Assembly (NCBI GenBank): GCA_950097015.1
Contig: CATNEN010000001.1
Location: 18,476,001 to 18,540,000, forward strand
Direction: 5' to 3'
DNA length: 64,000 nt
DNA from: Macrostomum hystrix
Taxonomy: Eukaryota > Animalia > Platyhelminthes
Positions 59,316 to 64,000 of this stretch are shown in pieces. A program made the position numbers and the translations under genes. The notes beneath the pieces are model-generated. The model saw only the letters and a program-made list of their open reading frames with translations. It ran no database searches and was not told where the DNA came from. Within the stretch, counting starts at the first letter, position 1; the number at the start of each line of letters is the position of its first letter.

Positions 59316-61045
59316 AATGACCAACAATAGTGACCAGGTGAAATGACCAACAATAGTGGCCAGGTGAAATGACAAACATTAGTGACCAGGTGAAATGACC
59401 AACAATAGTGACCAGGTGAAATGACCAACAATAGTGACCAGGTGAAATGACAAACATTAGTGACCAGGTGAAATGACCAACAATAGTGACCAGGTGAAAT
59501 GACCAACATTAGTGACCAGGTGAAATGACCAACAATAGTGACCAGGTGAAATGACCAACATTAGTGACCAGGTGAAATGACCAACAATAGTGACCAGGTG
59601 AAATGACCAACAATAGTGACCAGGTGAAATGACCAACAATAGTGACCAGGTGAAATGACCAACATTAGTGACCAGGTGAAATGACCAACATTAGTGACCA
59701 GGTGAAATGACCAACAATAGTGACCAGGTGAAATGACCAACAATAGTGACCAGGTGAAATGACCAACAATAGTGACCAGGTGAAATGACCAACAATAGTG
59801 ACCAGGTGAAATGACCAACATTAGTGACCAGGTGAAATGACCAACATTAGTGACCAGGTGAAATGACCAACAATAGTGACCAGGTGAAATGACCAACAAT
59901 AGTGACCAGGTGAAATGACCAACATTAGTGACCAGGTGAAATGACCAACAATAGTGACCAGGTGAAATGACCAACAATAGTGACCAGGTGAAATGACCAA
60001 CAATAGTGACCAGGTGAAATGACCAACAATAGTGACCAGGTGAAATGACCAACAATAGTGACCAGGTGAAATGACCAACAAGAGTGGCCAGGTGAAATGA
60101 CCAACAATAGTGACCAGGTGAAATGACCAACAATAGTGACCAGGTGAAATGACCAACAATAGTGACCAGGTGAAATGACCAACATTAGTGACCAGGTGAA
60201 ATGACCAACAATAGTGACCAGGTGAAATGACCAACATTAGTGACCAGGTGAAATGACCAACATTAGTGACCAGGTGAAATGACCAACAATAGTGACCAGG
60301 TGAAATGACCAACAATAGTGACCAGGTGAAATGACCAACATTAGTGACCAGGTGAAATGACCAACAATAGTGACCAGGTGAAATGACCAACAATAGTGAC
60401 CAGGTGAAATGACCAACAATAGTGACCAGGTGAAATGACCAACAATAGTGACCAGGTGAAATGACCAACAAGAGTGGCCAGGTGAAATGACCAACAATAG
60501 TGACCAGGTGAAATGACCAACAATAGTGACCAGGTGAAATGACCAACAATAGTGACCAGGTGAAATGACCAACATTAGTGACCAGGTGAAATGACCAACA
60601 ATAGTGACCAGGTGAAATGACCAACAATAGTGACCAGGTGAAATGACCAACAATAGTGACCAGGTGAAATGACCAACAATAGTGACCAGGTGAAATGACA
60701 AACATTAGTGACCAGGTGAAATGACCAACAATAGTGACCAGGTGAAATGACCAACAATAGTGACCAGGTGAAATGACCAACAAGAGTGGCCAGGTGAAAT
60801 GACCAACAATAGTGACCAGGTGAAATGACCAACAATAGTGACCAGGTGAAATGACCATCAATAGTGACCAGGTGAAATGACCAACAATAGTGACCAGGTG
60901 AAATGACCAACAATAGTGACCAGGTGAAATGACCAACAATAGTGACCAGGTGAAATGACCAACAATAGTGACCAGGTGAAATGACCAACAATAGTGACCA
61001 GGTGAAATGACCAACAATAGTGGCCAGGTGAAATGACCAACAGTA
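59316..61045. repeat. 26-bp minisatellite
   Basis: Unit tgaccaacaatagtgaccaggtgaaa. Confidence 0.97.
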
Positions 61046-61231
61046 GTTACCTGGAAGTAGAATCCAATGACTGAAACTACGATCCGAAGAATTAAGGCAT
61101 GTTAACAAATACGAAGGCATTTCAAATAGCTCATAAATGATCTCTGACAAAAATCTATTAAGAGGAGAATCTCAAAGCAATCGCAAGCATTTTTACCACC
61201 AACTGAGAAGTCTCACACTGATAGCTCGTTC

Positions 61232-64000
61232 TTAAGGTTCATCTCTAAAGTACATTCGTTGAACCCTCTGCAGCTCCTCAATCCAGGAGTCGGACTGTTC
61301 AGCGGAGTCCTCCAGACAGTAGGTCCTGTTAACCACGTGAATGTAGAACAGTTTGCTAGTGCGTCGCTCGAATTGCATAAATCTTGGCGCCGACCAGGGC
61401 ACTTCACCCTTCAGCTCCATCTTGTCCGGATCCACGTAGAACAGGTGCGGCCCGAATGTCAGAAGGAACATGCGCTTACGGGAGAAGAGACCGCGACGCT
61501 TGTACAGAATGCCCTGACGGATGATCAGCTGCGATGAGGGGTTAGGAATTACTCCCGTTGTTGAGTATATCAACAGAGTAATCCCAAAACCTGATTATGA
61601 AATTACCAATGACTGACTATTTAATCCCATACCCGACTGTGAAATCCCATTAACCGACTGTGAAATCCCATTAACCGACTGTGAAATCCCATTAACCGAC
61701 TGTGAAATCCCATTAACCGACTGTGAAATCCCATACCCGACTGTGAAAACCCATTACCCGACTTTGAAATCTCATTAACCGACTCTGAAATCCCATTAAC
61801 CCGACTTTGAAATCCCATTACCTGACTTTGAAATCCCATTAACCGACTCTGAAATCCCATTAACCCGACTTTGAAATCCCATACCCGACTGTGAAATCCC
61901 ATTACCCGACTGTGAAATCCCATTAACCGACTGTGAAATCCCATTAACCGACTGTGAAATCCCATACCCGACTGTGAAAACCCATTAACCGACTGTGAAA
62001 TCCCATTAACCGACTGTGAAATCCCATTAACCGACTGTGAAATCCCATTAACCGACTGTGAAATCCCATTAACCGACTGTGAAATCCCATACCCGTCTGT
62101 GGAATCCCATTACCCGACTGTGAAATCCCATTAACCGACTGTGAAATCCCATACCCGACTTTGAAATCCCATTAACCGACTGTGAAATCCCATTAACCGA
62201 CTGTGAAATCCCATAAACCGACTGTGAAATCCCATTAACCCGACTTTGAAATCCCATTACCTGACTTTGAAATCCCATTAACCGACTGTGAAATCCCATT
62301 AACCGACTGTGAAATCCCATTAACCGACTGTGAAATCCCATTAACCGACTGTGAAATCCCATTAACCGACTTTGCAATCCCATTAACCGACTCTGAAATC
62401 CCAACCCTGACTATCGAATCCCAATAACCGACTCTGAAATCCCAATACCCGAGGTGAACTGAAGTGGTTGCTTAGCAACTAACCTGTTGCCTGCAGAATC
62501 TGTGATACGGATTTAGCCTCTCTTGCTCGCGACGCAGTCTCTCAGTTTCGTTGGCTTTGCTCTCGCCGTCCATACCATGCTGCTGCTTCTGCTGCTGATT
62601 CAATTCGGCGTTAAGCAATTGTCTTACGCCCTGGCTGTAGCCCAGAGGAACGCTGGCCCAGTCAACGGACTGGTCGGATGCCGTGACAGGTGGCAGATTC
62701 GGTGCCAACTCAGGCGGTCTGATGGCGGTCAGCTGACCGAACGGCAGGCCGAAGAAGAAGGCGTGTCCGCGCACCGCGGCGAAGCCTCCACGCTCTGGCG
62801 AGCCCAACCGGCTGCTAGGGTCCTTTACCAGCAGATTCGACACCAGATCCTTGGCTACGGAGTCGAACTGGTCGGGAAAACTGTAGGTCACACCGACAGC
62901 CTGTTGAATGACGCTGTAATCGTCGCGACCACGAAACGGAGGCCGACCGGATAGGAACTGAAATAGGCAGCAGCCGATGGCCCACAGGTCCATTGTGTAC
63001 AGCACGGTGTGGTCTCCTTTGGCAGTCTGCAGCAGCATCTCAGGCGCAGCGTAGTGCGGGGTGCCTGCGGATGGGATCCGGGTTGCAAGGTATGGGATAT
63101 TGGAGTGCCATTCAAAAGGGATTTGAAAGTGTTAGATCATATGATATTGCAGTTGAAGGATTTCAAGTGTGGCATCATGGGATATTGGACTGAGTGGGAG
63201 CTGAAATTCGGGAATATGGGATATTGGACTGAGTGGGACTACTTGAAATTTGGGATCATGGGATATTGGACTGAGTGGGAGCTGAAATTCGGGAATATGG
63301 GATATTGGAGTGAGTGGGACTACTTGAAATTTGGGATCATTGGATATTGGAGTGAGTGGAAGTTGAAATTTGGGATCATGGGATATTGGAGTGAGTGGGA
63401 GTTGAAATTTGGGATCATGGGATATTGGAGTGAGTGGGAGTTGAAAATTGGGATTATGGGATATTGGAGTGAGTGGGAGTTGAAAATTGGGATTACGGGA
63501 TATTGGAGTGAGTGGGATTGAAGTTGGCATCATGGGATATTGGACTAAGTGGGAGTTGAAATTTTGGATTATGGGATATTGGAGTAAGTGGGAGTTGAAA
63601 TTTGGGATTTATTTAGACATTTATTGGAGTGAGTGGGAGTTGAAATTTGGGATTATGGGATATTGGAGTGAGAAGTGTGGACTCACCCGTATAAGAAGGG
63701 CACCTGGGAAATCCGGTAATGAAAGCGCTACCAAAGTCGCCCAGTTTAAGCTGGAAGTCTTGCATCAGATAGCAGTTCTCAGGCTTGACATCTCTGTGAA
63801 CGATGCCGATACTGTTGAGGTACTCGCAGGCCTCTAGCAGTTCGCCGCAGTAAAATCTTGAGCAATCGATGCTAAAATTGCCCAACTTTCTGATCCAGGA
63901 CAGAAGTTCACCGCGAGGGCAGTAGGTCAAGATGAAATACAGTCTTTCGCTATCCTTCATAGTGCAGATGAGTCTAACGAACAGTTTGTGATCGATTCTA
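61232..64000 (-). CDS. PDPK1: 3-phosphoinositide-dependent protein kinase 1-like, 5'-truncated by window end; exons >64000-63687, 63064-62484, 61528-61232
   Basis: Kinase motifs IVHRDVKPEN, DFG, GTPHYAAPE, DLWAIGC, GRPPF. C-terminal PDK1-type PH domain KRRGLFSRKRMFLLTFGPHLFYVDP..MELKGEVPWS. Junction phases 1 and 0 match. Confidence 0.88.
61622..62450. repeat. About 21-bp minisatellite (PDK1 intron)
   Basis: Unit gaaatcccattaaccgactgt. Confidence 0.95.
63090..63672. repeat. 39-bp minisatellite (PDK1 intron)
   Basis: Unit atgggatattggagtgagtgggagttgaaatttgggatc. Confidence 0.93.

Overview
Eukaryotic (animal) genomic DNA with GT-AG introns, CAG/polyQ tracts, about 25 distinct 20-48 bp minisatellite arrays and tRNA-derived SINEs. 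The style suggests a free-living flatworm such as Macrostomum, but this is inference only. 1-15.2 kb: tandem array of seven single-coding-exon sulfotransferases of the Schistosoma SULT-OR/Sulfotransfer_4 type, each with a C-terminal hydrophobic tail. They are followed on the same strand by TAF11 and by an MRPL35 exon that has no ATG. All nine co-directional CDSs begin shortly after a splice acceptor, which suggests a spliced-leader-resolved operon or a shared-first-exon cassette array. 33.7-40 kb: two-exon gene joining three C2H2 zinc fingers to a polyQ-rich Meis-like TALE homeodomain. 41.8-46.6 kb (-): five-exon PH + IRS-type PTB adaptor (Dok/IRS-like), head-to-head with a ten-exon puromycin-sensitive M1 aminopeptidase (47.6-54.7 kb, +). 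61.2-64 kb (-): 3' part of a divergent PDK1. Most long ORFs in the supplied track are translations of minisatellites, not genes.
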